Shown here piece after piece: positions 43,085-53,144 of a stretch of 64,000 nucleotides of DNA; position 1 is the first letter of the stretch, and every line of letters begins with the position of its first letter. The notes beneath the pieces are model-generated. The model did no database searches and was not told the DNA's origin. It saw only the letters and a program-made list of their open reading frames with translations. The position numbers and the translations under genes are program-made. The DNA is from an uncultured cyanobacterium (GTDB taxonomy: Bacteria; Cyanobacteriota; Cyanobacteriia; Cyanobacteriales; CAWUOF01), in the NCBI GenBank assembly GCA_963744145.1, contig CAVUSO010000001.1, positions 1,742,831 through 1,806,830 of the forward strand. Reading direction: 5' to 3'.

Positions 43085-43440
43085 ACATAATTCTTCTTAA
43101 TAGCTCAATTGTGTTGGCAATTTCACTAAAAATATTTAGCTTTTTTTCTACATCTTCGACATACACAGATAAAATTTTCTTAGTGCTTTCATCTATTAGC
43201 TCTATAGTTTGAGGCTGAATTTGAAATTCTGAATTATTATCCTGATCTAATAAACCTAACTCTGTGAAACGAGATCGAGTTTTTTCAAGTTCATCTAGCT
43301 GATCACGAAGTTATTGATCTGTTAAATCAACTGATGACTGTTGCTGGATCACCCTCTTCGGAAATGTTCGCTCAAGAGATTGGGAGATTGTACCATATTC
43401 AGTAATCTTAGATTCAATAATTTTATCCTGATTCTACGGG
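43085..43440 (-). pseudogene. Degenerate gene remnant (no ORF of 60 aa or more); the longest frame reads ..LRDQLDELEKTRSRFTELGLLDQDNNSEFQIQPQTIELIDESTKKILSVYVEDVEKKLNIFSEIANTIELLRRIM..
   Basis: Hand translation of the minus strand; interrupted by stops in all frames; identity unknown. Confidence 0.25.
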
Positions 43441-43700
43441 CTATGGTTAGATTTATATGGTAATTATACGGTCATTGAGTAAAAATTATATCCTAATTAA
43501 ATAATTTTCTACAGACCAATAGCTAATTTTATGGTGATTCTACGCTCTAGATAGAAATTCTATGAATTAAACGGGTAATATATGGCTAATTCTATGATCG
43601 ATCATATAATTAGATGATGATGAGCCAGCGATCGCCAGATAATTCTACGATCGATCATAGAATTCTACGATGATGAGCCAGCGATCGCCAGATAATTCTA
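43430..43700. repeat. Cluster of about 8 AATTCTAC(G)/AATTCTATG motif copies, ending in a 48-nt tandem duplication (gatgatgagccagcgatcgccagataattctac...) containing HIP1
   Basis: Read directly in the sequence; it lies just 3' of the RNA methyltransferase gene. Confidence 0.5.
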
Positions 43701-44459
43701 CACTTGATGATCCGCAGCGGGATGAGTTTGTATAGCCCACTCGACTTGACTGAGAATACCACGTAACATATAAACTTCAGCTGTAGTGAGTTGACTTCGA
43801 TAAAAAATTCGCCGAAACTTATCCATCCGACTAGCTGCTGTATGGGGATATAAATAACCAATTTTTAAGAGCAAGTTTTCCATTTGTTGATAATAACCTT
43901 CCAGCACATCAAAGGAAGCATAATCAGGATCACAATTAGTTGCTAATGGTGATAATTCTTGGTTAGTCTGTTCTTGTGCTATTTGATAAAGTTCATAGCA
44001 GCAAATAGCGACGGATTGTGCTAGGTTTAAAGCTGGATAAATTGGACTCGAAGGAATCCGAATAAATCTTTGGGCATAAGTAAGTTCTGCTTGACTTAAA
44101 CCGTGATCTTCTGGACCAAAAATCAGTGCAGATGGTTGGGGATTAGTGATCAGCGTGGGTAAAACCTCACGGGGGGTTTCTAATTGAATCAGATCACGGC
44201 GATCGCTAGAAGTAGTGGCGATCGCTTGGGTACAATCCTGTAAAGCTTCTGGTAAGGTATTGACCTGTTCTGCTTGTTCTAAAACATCCGTTGCGTGCAT
44301 TGCCATTTTATAAGCATCAGACGCTAATGGATCACATTGGGGATTGACCAACACTAATCGACTTAATCCCATATTTTTCATAATCCGAGCGACGGAACCA
44401 ATATTTAAAGCTCCCATCGGTTTCACTAAAACAATCCGGATTTTTGTGGTCTCATCCAT
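43698..44459 (-). CDS. SpoU/TrmH-family RNA 2'-O-methyltransferase (TrmJ/LasT-like)
   Basis: IRIVLVKPMGALNIGSVARIMKNMGL..LVLVNP ... ALIFGPEDHGLSQAEL...IRIPSSPIYPALNLAQSVAICCYEL is the SPOUT methylase signature. Confidence 0.8.
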   Translation of the reverse strand: MDETTKIRIVLVKPMGALNIGSVARIMKNMGLSRLVLVNPQCDPLASDAYKMAMHATDVLEQAEQVNTLPEALQDCTQAIATTSSDRRDLIQLETPREVLPTLITNPQPSALIFGPEDHGLSQAELTYAQRFIRIPSSPIYPALNLAQSVAICCYELYQIAQEQTNQELSPLATNCDPDYASFDVLEGYYQQMENLLLKIGYLYPHTAASRMDKFRRIFYRSQLTTAEVYMLRGILSQVEWAIQTHPAADHQV

Positions 44460-44518
44460 TACTTTTATACTGCGCTGTTCCTTAGAATTAGAATGATGAA
44501 GATTTCAGGGAGTCACAA

Positions 44519-45454
44519 GTGCAACCTAAGTTAATTATCCACGGTGGTGCTGGTAGTTCGCTCAAAAGTAAGAGTGGAGTTGAGACAATTCGTAAGTCTC
44601 TTTATCAGGTAGTAGGACCAGTTTATCAGTTGCTGTTGTCGGGAGCAAGTGCCCAAACCGCAGTTATACATGGTTGTCAGATGTTGGAAGATGATCCTCG
44701 TTTTAATGCTGGAACTGGTTCGGTACTCCAATCAGATGGTCAAATTCGGATGAGTGCTGCGCTGATGGATGGTTCAACCCAAAAATTTAGCGGTGTGATT
44801 AATGTTTCCCGTTTACAGCATCCCATTAATTTAGCCGCAGCTTTACAAAGATCTGACGATCGCGTTTTGTCTGATTATGGTGGAGCAGAATTAATGCGAG
44901 AATTACAGGTACCTATTTATAATCCTTTAGTCCAAATTCGGCTCCAAGAATGGCTCCAAGAACGTGACGAGAATTTTACCAAAGAATCGGCGGGAGTTGT
45001 CGCGGAACAGGAATTAATCCATGAGCCTGGACATGGTACGATCGGCGTAGTAGCCTTAGATAGTGAAGGATGTTTAGCCGCAGGTACTTCTACTGGTGGT
45101 AAAGGTTTTGAACGGATTGGGAGAGTCAGTGATTCGGCTATGCCTGCGGGTAATTATGCTACATCTAAAGCTGCGGTAAGCTGTACTGGTATTGGTGAAG
45201 ATATTATTGATGAGTGTCTCGCTGCTCGGATCGTCATTAGGGTAACTGACGGTTTATCTCTCAAAGCAGCTTTAGAACGTTCTTTGGCTGAATCTAAGCA
45301 AAATCAGCGGGATTTAGGTGCGATCGCTCTTGATGCTACTGGAGCGATCGCTTGGGGGAAAACGAGCGCAGTGCTTTTAGCTGCATATCATACAGGAGAA
45401 CAGATCGGTGATACTTTGGAACTAGAACCCGGTACTATTACTGGTTGGTTATAG
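44519..45454 (+). CDS. Isoaspartyl peptidase / L-asparaginase (Ntn-hydrolase, plant-type asparaginase family)
   Basis: Nucleophile Thr context HGTIGVVALD; GTSTGG; family pattern throughout. Confidence 0.8.
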   Translation: MQPKLIIHGGAGSSLKSKSGVETIRKSLYQVVGPVYQLLLSGASAQTAVIHGCQMLEDDPRFNAGTGSVLQSDGQIRMSAALMDGSTQKFSGVINVSRLQHPINLAAALQRSDDRVLSDYGGAELMRELQVPIYNPLVQIRLQEWLQERDENFTKESAGVVAEQELIHEPGHGTIGVVALDSEGCLAAGTSTGGKGFERIGRVSDSAMPAGNYATSKAAVSCTGIGEDIIDECLAARIVIRVTDGLSLKAALERSLAESKQNQRDLGAIALDATGAIAWGKTSAVLLAAYHTGEQIGDTLELEPGTITGWL

Positions 45455-45459
45455 GATAA

Positions 45460-45592
45460 GGTTCAGTTAAGAATGTTTTTGGGAGTTATCGGTGAAGCTG
45501 GGCGTTCGCGAGAGCGTGCCGTAGGCATAGCATTCGGATATAATGTTACTGGCGCTTATCGCTCAATTGTCGCCCGAATGCTTCGCCCCTAC
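45460..45592. mobile_element. Partial (internally deleted) copy of the MITE-like element seen at 27663-27982
   Basis: Starts ggttcagttaag and ends cgcccctactag; the internal block gccgtaggcatagcattcggatataat...ttgtcgcccgaatgcttcgccc matches the reverse complement of 27880-27960. Confidence 0.45.
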
Positions 45593-45605
45593 TAGATATT
45601 CCCAA

Positions 45606-46985
45606 TTATTTAGGTGTTTCGGTGGTTTGATCTGGATGTGATTTTAATTTCCAACCAGGTTTCACCACTTGACGGGAACGAGCAATTACCAGAGTATCAT
45701 CAGTCACATTTTCTGTGACAACAGAACCAGCCGCAACGGTGACATCTGCACCTAAAGTAACTGGAGCGACTAATACGCTGTTGGAACCAATTTTGTTGCG
45801 ATCGCCAATTTCAGTCCGATGTTTATTGACACCATCATAATTAGCCGTAATCGTTCCGGCACCGATATTAACTTGATTGCCAACTGTGGCATCACCTAGG
45901 TAAGATAAATGTGCTACATTCGTGCGATCGCCTAAGGTCGAATTTTTAATCTCCACAAAATTCCCAATCCGACAACCTACACCTATTTTGGCATCTCCCC
46001 GTAGGTGAGTATATGGCCCAATCTGCGCTTGATTTTGGACAATACTATTGGTAACTACAGAGTAAAGGATTGTGACATTACTGCCAATTTGACTATTTTC
46101 AATTAAACTTCCTGGACCGATGCGACTTCCTGATTGGATCAGCGTTTTGCCCCGCAGATGAGTTTGTGGTTCAATAATCACATCTCGTTCAATTTCTACT
46201 GTATCATCGATCGTGATGCTATCTGGATCGATTAAGGTCACTCCTTCAGCCATCCAGCGTTCTTTGATCCGATTTTGCAAGATTTCGGCTACTTCAGCTA
46301 GGTTTTTGCGGTCATTAACGCCTAGAATTTCTTGATAATCTTCAACATCTACGGCCATAATTGGTTGGAGATAACTAACTGCATCGGTGAGGTAGTATTC
46401 TTGTTGGTTATTTTCCGATCGCAATTTTGGCAATACTTGAGATAATTCTGACCAACGAAAACAGTAAATTCCAGCATTTATGCGACGATTTTGGCGCTGG
46501 GCTGTGGTGCAGTCGCGATCTTCAATTATTTGGGTGAGAATATTATTACTATCACAAAAGACGCGCCCATACCCTTTGGGATTAGGTAATTGAGCGGTCA
46601 AAATGGTAGCAGCGTTTTGATTTTGTTGATGAGTTTGGAGTAAATTTTTAATGGTGGTGGGACGTAATAAGGGGACATCTCCGTTTAAAACTAACAAATC
46701 ACCTGTAAATCCCTCTAAGTAAGGCAAAATTTGCTGCACAGCATGACCCGTTCCTAATTGTTCTCTTTGTTCGATAAACTCTAGGTTTTCACAAGATTCA
46801 AGTGCAGTTTTAACCTGATCGCTTTGATAACCAACGATCACAAATTGGCGTACTGGTTTAATGGCCGATACACTGTTTAATATCCATGCTACTAAAGAGC
46901 GTCCTCCCAAGTTATGTAAAACTTTGGGCAACTCCGATTTCATTCTGGTTCCGCGTCCAGCCGCTAAAATTGCTACTGCTACCAT
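45606..46985 (-). CDS. glmU: Bifunctional UDP-N-acetylglucosamine pyrophosphorylase / glucosamine-1-phosphate N-acetyltransferase
   Basis: N-terminus [21 protein letters not shown] (nucleotidyltransferase); C-terminal hexapeptide (left-handed beta-helix) repeats. Confidence 0.9.
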   Translation of the reverse strand: MVAVAILAAGRGTRMKSELPKVLHNLGGRSLVAWILNSVSAIKPVRQFVIVGYQSDQVKTALESCENLEFIEQREQLGTGHAVQQILPYLEGFTGDLLVLNGDVPLLRPTTIKNLLQTHQQNQNAATILTAQLPNPKGYGRVFCDSNNILTQIIEDRDCTTAQRQNRRINAGIYCFRWSELSQVLPKLRSENNQQEYYLTDAVSYLQPIMAVDVEDYQEILGVNDRKNLAEVAEILQNRIKERWMAEGVTLIDPDSITIDDTVEIERDVIIEPQTHLRGKTLIQSGSRIGPGSLIENSQIGSNVTILYSVVTNSIVQNQAQIGPYTHLRGDAKIGVGCRIGNFVEIKNSTLGDRTNVAHLSYLGDATVGNQVNIGAGTITANYDGVNKHRTEIGDRNKIGSNSVLVAPVTLGADVTVAAGSVVTENVTDDTLVIARSRQVVKPGWKLKSHPDQTTETPK

Positions 46986-47027
46986 TTTTTTGTGGGTCTA
47001 TTTTACCGGAATAGAGCTATTTGTAAT

Positions 47028-48071
47028 TTATGACACTTTAGATGCTTCTGGATGAGGTAGTCTATTGTGGAGGGAAGCTAGTCTCAATTGGGGCAACTTT
47101 GGACCAAGAATAAATTCACTAAATTGCTTGACCAGTTTCGGATTGCGCCATCCCTTGGCCGTTTCTTCGGCGATAATTTTGAGAGATTCTTCCGGGGTAA
47201 AAGCTTTTTTATAGGGACGTTCACTAGTTAGGGCATCATAGATATCAATGATTTGAAATACTTGTGCTAGGTAAGGAATTTCATCTTCAATTAACCCATC
47301 AGGGTAGCCAGACCCGTCCCAACGTTCATGGTGATAGCGGATAATTGGTAATACTCCGCGCATGGTTCGCAGGGGTTTGCAGATTTTCTCACCAATTAAG
47401 ACGTGCTGGTTCATAATTGCCCTTTCTTCGGCAGTAAATTGTCCTTTTTTGAGTAATACCGCGTCGGGGATACCTACTTTGCCGATATCATGGAGGTAGC
47501 CCCCCCACATTAAATCCCGAATTTCACCCCGAGATAAATTTAAGTGTTCTCCTAAAGCTTGACCCCAAGTTACCAGTCTTTCACAATGGTCTCCCGTATT
47601 TGGATCGCGACTTTCTACCGCACGAGCGATCGAAAATAGGACTTGTTCTGCATGATCTAAGTCTTCATTTAACCGTTTTTGCCGCACTAGGGATTGGACT
47701 CTGGCTGCTAGTTCTAGGTGATCGAAGGGTTTGCTTAAGAAATCATCTCCTCCTGCTTCAATTCCTTTGATCCGCGATCGCCGATCATTGAGGGCTGTAA
47801 TAAAAATTATTGGAATCAGACGTGTTTGCTCATCTTGCTTGAGACGACGACATACCTCAAACCCATCCATTCCTGGCATCATTACATCCAGCAAGATCAG
47901 ATCTGGATTGACCTCAATCACGCATTCTAAAGCTGATGGACCACTATCTACTTCCACCACATTGTATCCTTCTACCGATAAAAGGGCTACTGCTGTCATG
48001 CGACTGGCTGGATGGTCATCCACTACGAGGATTTTTGGCTGTTCGGAATCGATTATGTTCACACTGAACAC
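47028..48071 (-). CDS. Response regulator with HD-GYP c-di-GMP phosphodiesterase domain
   Basis: REC ILVVDDHPASRMTAVALL..LILLDVMMPGMDGFEVC; HD domain HDIGK; motif HHERWDGSGYP. Confidence 0.85.
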   Translation of the reverse strand: MFSVNIIDSEQPKILVVDDHPASRMTAVALLSVEGYNVVEVDSGPSALECVIEVNPDLILLDVMMPGMDGFEVCRRLKQDEQTRLIPIIFITALNDRRSRIKGIEAGGDDFLSKPFDHLELAARVQSLVRQKRLNEDLDHAEQVLFSIARAVESRDPNTGDHCERLVTWGQALGEHLNLSRGEIRDLMWGGYLHDIGKVGIPDAVLLKKGQFTAEERAIMNQHVLIGEKICKPLRTMRGVLPIIRYHHERWDGSGYPDGLIEDEIPYLAQVFQIIDIYDALTSERPYKKAFTPEESLKIIAEETAKGWRNPKLVKQFSEFILGPKLPQLRLASLHNRLPHPEASKVS

Positions 48072-48374
48072 CTTGCTCTGAAATTATGAGAAGTACAATA
48101 ACGCAACTATTGGCATGGAAAATAGCCAAAGCCACTAGCTGACTGCTATTATGTTAAATTTTATTAACTGAGAGATCAGTCATTTTACTTAAAATGAAAT
48201 CAGGCTTTTACTTAGTTTTGTTCATTTTTGGTGAGTAGATGGCTACTTTCGGTTCTAGTATTCCAGATTTATAGCTTAATCTAACTAATTATTACTAAAA
48301 TATCCACAAACATGACTAACTATTGCCACTAATTTTCCCACCAAAAAAGACGATAGTTTGAAGATTTTTAAATT

Positions 48375-49244
48375 TTATTGATTTAACCATCGTTTTTTCC
48401 AATGGGAGGTATGTTCTAAATCACATATCTGTTGTTCTTTTGTCCTTCGATTGAGAATTATCGCTGGTGGATCACTCAAATTTGGATCGCGATAGGGAAT
48501 CGCTGCTCGCGTTACCAGATGTTCTTGTTCTTGTAAAGATAGTTGATGCTCATCTTGACAAATAAAGCTGGCTAATGTACCTGGCGATCGCCTACCGACG
48601 GGTGTGGTGGAGCTGATCTTTAATCCGGTTTTGAGCAAAGCAGTCCGGACAGATGCAGCACAGGAATAGGTTGCTAAATGTCCTGTGGGGGTGAGACAGT
48701 CCGCGACTTTCCCTAAAAACTCAACTGTCCACAATTGCGGACATTTGGGTCCAGAAAAAGGATCGAGAAAGATTGCATCTGCTTTAAATCCCATGTTACA
48801 GACCTGTTGGATAGTTACTCTAGCATCTCCAATGAGTAATTTTGCGGTTAATTGTTTAGTTTGCAGTTCACCCACTTTTGCTAATTTAGCTAACATCATG
48901 GGAATTGGTTCAGACCATTGATCGAGAAGTTGATGAGCGATCGCTGTTTGGGGAATTTTTACATCTAATTCTAGTCCGATCAATTCCACCTGACAATGGG
49001 GATTAATCACCCAAATATTGGCTAAGGCTGAGGCACTATTATATCCTAACCCATAACAAATATCTAGGAGTTTAATGCTCGGTTGATGAGCTTTCTGTTT
49101 AATTTGGGTCGGTTCGATAAATTTCAGTTCTGCTTCTTGTTTAGCACCTTGACAACTATGGAAAGTTTCTCCAAATTCATCAGAAAAAAAGGTAAAAGAG
49201 CCATCTGCGGTGAGTTGGGGGGCAAAATGGCTAGGTTTCATCAT
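48375..49244 (-). CDS. MnmC-like SAM-dependent methyltransferase domain protein (DUF752)
   Basis: LLDICYGLGYNSASAL...ADAIFLDPFSGPKCPQLWTVEFL..LTPTGHLATYSCAASVRTALLKTGL matches the MnmC aminomethyl-methyltransferase domain; tentative. Confidence 0.5.
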   Translation of the reverse strand: MMKPSHFAPQLTADGSFTFFSDEFGETFHSCQGAKQEAELKFIEPTQIKQKAHQPSIKLLDICYGLGYNSASALANIWVINPHCQVELIGLELDVKIPQTAIAHQLLDQWSEPIPMMLAKLAKVGELQTKQLTAKLLIGDARVTIQQVCNMGFKADAIFLDPFSGPKCPQLWTVEFLGKVADCLTPTGHLATYSCAASVRTALLKTGLKISSTTPVGRRSPGTLASFICQDEHQLSLQEQEHLVTRAAIPYRDPNLSDPPAIILNRRTKEQQICDLEHTSHWKKRWLNQ

Positions 49245-49875
49245 ATTTTCGGTTTGATATCAGGTTTTTTAGTAGCATATATAACTATATCTAAGTAATT
49301 CGCTAGCATCGGTATAATTTGTCAGCGATCGCCGATTTTTTTTGTAAAGATTTATTGATAATTCCGGAAATTTACAGAATCATCAGTTAAATTTCTTTAA
49401 CAAAATTAAGCGGTTAAACTGTTGGTTGAGAAAACCTAAAAGTCTAGTCAGCACAAGCTTAACGGGTGAAAATCTCAATCCAAATGCACCAAAAACAGAA
49501 AATAAAACAGTGATAGGAGGTAAAGGGGATTGACATCTGCAAGATATATTGCTAAGATAATTAACATAAAATTTAACCAAGTCAGTTGAATCCTGATGTT
49601 ACTAATGCAGTCACAGACATTAAAAGGAAACTGAAGAGAAAACCTTGTTCTGAATCTAGATGGTTCCCATCTCCTCAGCATCAGTAGTTGGTAGTAATTT
49701 AGCCTACCTCGCTAGTAGTAGTCTTGTGTTGTTAATTGTCTAGGTTGTTCGTTTAAACCAAGATGAAGGAGAAATCAGCGATCGGCTCATCAATGGGAAG
49801 AGGAATTTACTTGTGTGGAACGATTATTCCTTGACCATGAAATCGGTAAAAATTTTATTCAAGAGAGGTTAAGCT

Positions 49876-50580
49876 GTGCAGATAAAAACCATGTTAGTCC
49901 AGCTGCAAAACGCCATGGGACGAGATAATTTAGTTGAGAAAATGATTTTGATTCCCGAACCGAAACAGCCACAAAATCAAAATTATCAGCCGATGGAATC
50001 AGTCAACTTAATTGTCGGATATAATGGCACCCCTACCAGTCAAACAGCTTTAGATATTACTCTCTGGATGGCTCATCAAATTCGGTTATTAACTCAAGCA
50101 GAAGTTACCGTGCAAGTAGTCTATGTGTTAGATAATGACAATAACAGTAATGAGTGCCCAGATTTTTTTACTGCTACGACAACTTCTAATTCTTCAAGAG
50201 CAGAAAATTACTGCAAATTGTCGGGAACTTCAAACAGAAAAAGTATTACTCCGATTTTAACTCAAAGGGAACCAAACGCAACCGGAAGTTATACTCAGCC
50301 TGGGGAAAAACGAGATTATCGACCCATCACCTCGATCGATCCATTAGAAAAAGCTGATCATATTTTATGGCAAGCGCGGTGTTTAGCGGAAGAATGGCGT
50401 GGTTCTTTTAAAGCGCATCTACGTTTTGGCTGTATTGCAACAGAAATTAAGAAAGTTCTAGCAGCAGAAGCAGCTGCACTATTATTTTTAGGTTGTCATT
50501 CTGCACAACATCCAATTGTCCAGCAGCTTGGGCATAATTTACCTTGTCCAGTATTGGGGATTCCAAATTATCTGGATTAG
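49876..50580 (+). CDS. Universal-stress-protein-like (UspA fold) protein with a low-complexity insertion
   Basis: LIVGYNGTPTS..ALD ... VQVVYVLD ... LLFLGCHS...PVLGIP has the Usp pattern. Asn/Ser/Thr-rich insert. GTG start preceded by AGAGAGG. Confidence 0.4.
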   Translation: MQIKTMLVQLQNAMGRDNLVEKMILIPEPKQPQNQNYQPMESVNLIVGYNGTPTSQTALDITLWMAHQIRLLTQAEVTVQVVYVLDNDNNSNECPDFFTATTTSNSSRAENYCKLSGTSNRKSITPILTQREPNATGSYTQPGEKRDYRPITSIDPLEKADHILWQARCLAEEWRGSFKAHLRFGCIATEIKKVLAAEAAALLFLGCHSAQHPIVQQLGHNLPCPVLGIPNYLD

Positions 50581-50653
50581 GAAAAGTGATAGAAACTGGA
50601 TTGGCAATTATGATAATTTAGGAGAATAAAATTTTCATTTTTGCCAATTACCA

Positions 50654-51484
50654 ATGATTGATCCTCAGTTGCTGATTTCTGCCCAGGAATTAGCCGAACA
50701 TCTTAATGATGCACAAGTTGTGATTGTTGACTGTCGCTTTTCCTTAGCTGACCCAGACTTAGGATATCAACAATATCAGACTAGCCATATTCCTGGTGCT
50801 TTTTATTTACACTTAAACCAAGATCTGGCTAGTCCAGTTGAGCTGCATGGGGGACGTCATCCCTTACCCCATCCCCAGGATCTAGCTCAGAAGTTAGCAC
50901 AGATCGGGGTAAATTCTCCAGAAACTTTAGTAGTTGCTTACGATGATTCCCGGTTCGCTTTTGCAGCACGTTTATGGTGGTTGTTAGGTTATCTAGGACA
51001 CGATCGGGTAGCTTTGCTAGATGGAGGTTTTTCGGGATGGGAAAAAGCTGGTTATCCCTTGAGTAGGGAAGTGTCTAAACCACAGCAACTGGGTAAATTT
51101 TCGCCCCAAATCCGACCAGATGGAATTGTCGATATTGATACCCTCAAAATCCGGAAAGACCTCCCAGAAGTAGTTTTAGTTGACTCCCGTGAACCTGGTC
51201 GTTATCGTGGTGAACATGAACCCATTGACCCAATTGCGGGACATATTCCCGGTGCGGTTAATTATCCTTGGCAAGAAGTAACTGACGAATTTGGTAAACT
51301 CCGATCGCCAGAAATTCAACGTCAACGCTGGGCAAATTTGGCCCAAGCTCAGGAGATTATTGTCTATTGTGGTTCTGGTGTTACTGCTTGTGTCAATCTG
51401 TTCTCCTTAGCAGTAGCAGGAATTAAGACTGGTAAGCTTTATCCCGGTAGTTGGAGCGATTGGTGTTCCTATCTCAATCCCTAA
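50654..51484 (+). CDS. sseA: Tandem-rhodanese thiosulfate/3-mercaptopyruvate sulfurtransferase
   Basis: Two rhodanese domains; catalytic loop IVYCGSGVTAC; HIPGA motifs. Confidence 0.85.
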   Translation: MIDPQLLISAQELAEHLNDAQVVIVDCRFSLADPDLGYQQYQTSHIPGAFYLHLNQDLASPVELHGGRHPLPHPQDLAQKLAQIGVNSPETLVVAYDDSRFAFAARLWWLLGYLGHDRVALLDGGFSGWEKAGYPLSREVSKPQQLGKFSPQIRPDGIVDIDTLKIRKDLPEVVLVDSREPGRYRGEHEPIDPIAGHIPGAVNYPWQEVTDEFGKLRSPEIQRQRWANLAQAQEIIVYCGSGVTACVNLFSLAVAGIKTGKLYPGSWSDWCSYLNP

Positions 51485-51572
51485 ATTTGGTTTTTTTAGC
51501 AAAAAACCTTGACATGGTTTTTATGTTGATGTAAAATTCAACATAGTTACCAGCTTGAGCTAGGAGCAATTT

Positions 51573-52022
51573 ATGCAGCTAAACAAGATTAATTTAGCGA
51601 ATATCGTCGCCATCGGTCATCAAAATGGTCAATTAGGGGTAGTGATTGACCGAGGTGAAGATTTAGAATATATTGAGATTCCAGCTCCGATCGCGGCTTA
51701 TCAAGGGTTAGAGCAACTTGATTTGATCGTTAATAGTGATTTTTCCCAACTGTCCGCATCAGAAATTACCCTGACTCCGGAATTAGATTGTCCAGAAGCG
51801 ATCGCCATGTTACCAGTCAAATCATCAGCGACGGCAGCGATTGGTTATGATGAAACTGAACAAGTTTTGCAAATTAAATTTGCTCAGGGAGCCACCTATC
51901 AATATTATGATGTCCAAGTGGAAGTTTGGGAAGATTTTGTTGAGGCTGACTCAAAAGGGCAATTTTTTCATGCTCAGATTAAAGGTTATTATGAATCAGC
52001 GCGGATTGACCAGGAAGATTAA
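51573..52022 (+). CDS. KTSC-domain protein
   Basis: C-terminal IGYDETEQVLQIKFAQGATYQYYDVQVEVWEDFVEADSKGQFFHAQIKGYY matches the KTSC (lysyl-tRNA synthetase C-terminal-like) domain. Confidence 0.5.
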   Translation: MQLNKINLANIVAIGHQNGQLGVVIDRGEDLEYIEIPAPIAAYQGLEQLDLIVNSDFSQLSASEITLTPELDCPEAIAMLPVKSSATAAIGYDETEQVLQIKFAQGATYQYYDVQVEVWEDFVEADSKGQFFHAQIKGYYESARIDQED

Positions 52023-52537
52023 TCACTACAGCTAGTCTCAGGGACTACCATCATCTGAGTGGCGATCGCGAATTATGCCATCATAGCCAATTTGGCGCTA
52101 GGATCAGCTATATATGTCCCATCACTATGCACCTAATTCAGTTTTTCCCCTATTATATTTCTACTAAAATTTAGTTAGAATCGTTGCTCACTAACAATCA
52201 GGGAAACTTGCTGCGTATTTATACTTATTTTGCTAATTCAGACAGAAAATGATCCGCACAGAAATGGCATTTCAGGGTAAAGTGAAAAGACGGAGTACAT
52301 GATCTGTACCGTTAAACTTGCTTTCCTTACCTAGTTTTCTCAAGCAACCCCTTGGTTGTTTTAGCAATTAGTGATGATAGTGGTATAATTAGCAAATAAT
52401 CTGACCGCAGTGAAAGGATTGAATAGGGAGGTACAAATAAAATTAGAGAAAATTAGTAAACGGTTGGTTAGATGGAAATTGCTATAATCAATTATTCCAC
52501 TTAAATTCTTTTCTACAAATATTAGGTCTAAGTTTCT

Positions 52538-53059
52538 ATGTCGCCTTGTGCCATGAACCGTCTTTCTATTTTCGTAGACGGGAACAATATGTTCTACGCT
52601 CAACAAAAAAATGGTTGGTTTTTCGATCCGAGAAGAGTTTTAGAATACTTCACCGGAGAACCAGATGTAACACTGATTAATGCTTTTTGGTATACTGGAT
52701 TAAAAGATCCGCAAGATCAACGTGGGTTTAGAGATGCTTTGATTAGTTTAGGATATACAGTGCGAACTAAAATTCTCAAAGAATATTATGATGATAATTC
52801 AGGGCGCTATTCTCAAAAAGCAAATTTAGACATAGAAATAGTTGTCGATATGTTTAACACAGTAGAACAATACGATCGGGTAGTTCTATTTAGTGGTGAT
52901 GGCGATTTTGAGCGAGCGATTGAGTTATTACGTTCTAAAAACACCCATATAACAGTTGTATCAACCGAAGGAATGATCGCTAGAGAATTACGCAATGCGA
53001 CGGATCGTTATATTGATTTGAATGATATTCGTCCTTCCATTGAAAAACTTGACTTTTAA
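52538..53059 (+). CDS. NYN-domain (LabA-like) protein
   Basis: RLSIFVDGNNMFYAQ ... VVLFSGDGDFERAIELLRSKNTHITVVS is the NYN/LabA signature. Confidence 0.75.
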   Translation: MSPCAMNRLSIFVDGNNMFYAQQKNGWFFDPRRVLEYFTGEPDVTLINAFWYTGLKDPQDQRGFRDALISLGYTVRTKILKEYYDDNSGRYSQKANLDIEIVVDMFNTVEQYDRVVLFSGDGDFERAIELLRSKNTHITVVSTEGMIARELRNATDRYIDLNDIRPSIEKLDF

Positions 53060-53144
53060 AAGTTTGGTGTAATGGGTAAGAGCTGTTTTTCCGATTATCC
53101 ATTACACTTTCTGTCCAATCTGCAAATAATTAAAGGTGTCACTA

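Noticed and set aside
43615-43700. Possible CRISPR array (tandem 48-nt repeat)
   Set aside because: Only two repeat copies, no unique spacers of regular length, no cas genes nearby; better described as a simple tandem duplication.
43655-43861. 68-aa ORF overlapping the 3' end of the TrmH-family gene
   Set aside because: Same-strand overlap in another frame with a well-supported gene; no RBS or motif.
47731-48081. 116-aa plus-strand ORF
   Set aside because: Antisense to the REC/HD-GYP gene; Ser/Arg-rich.
49083-49681. ORFs 49083..49298 (+), 49383..49580 (-), 49475..49681 (-)
   Set aside because: Short, no RBS or motifs; one overlaps the MnmC-like gene antisense and the others are intergenic noise. 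Not called as genes.
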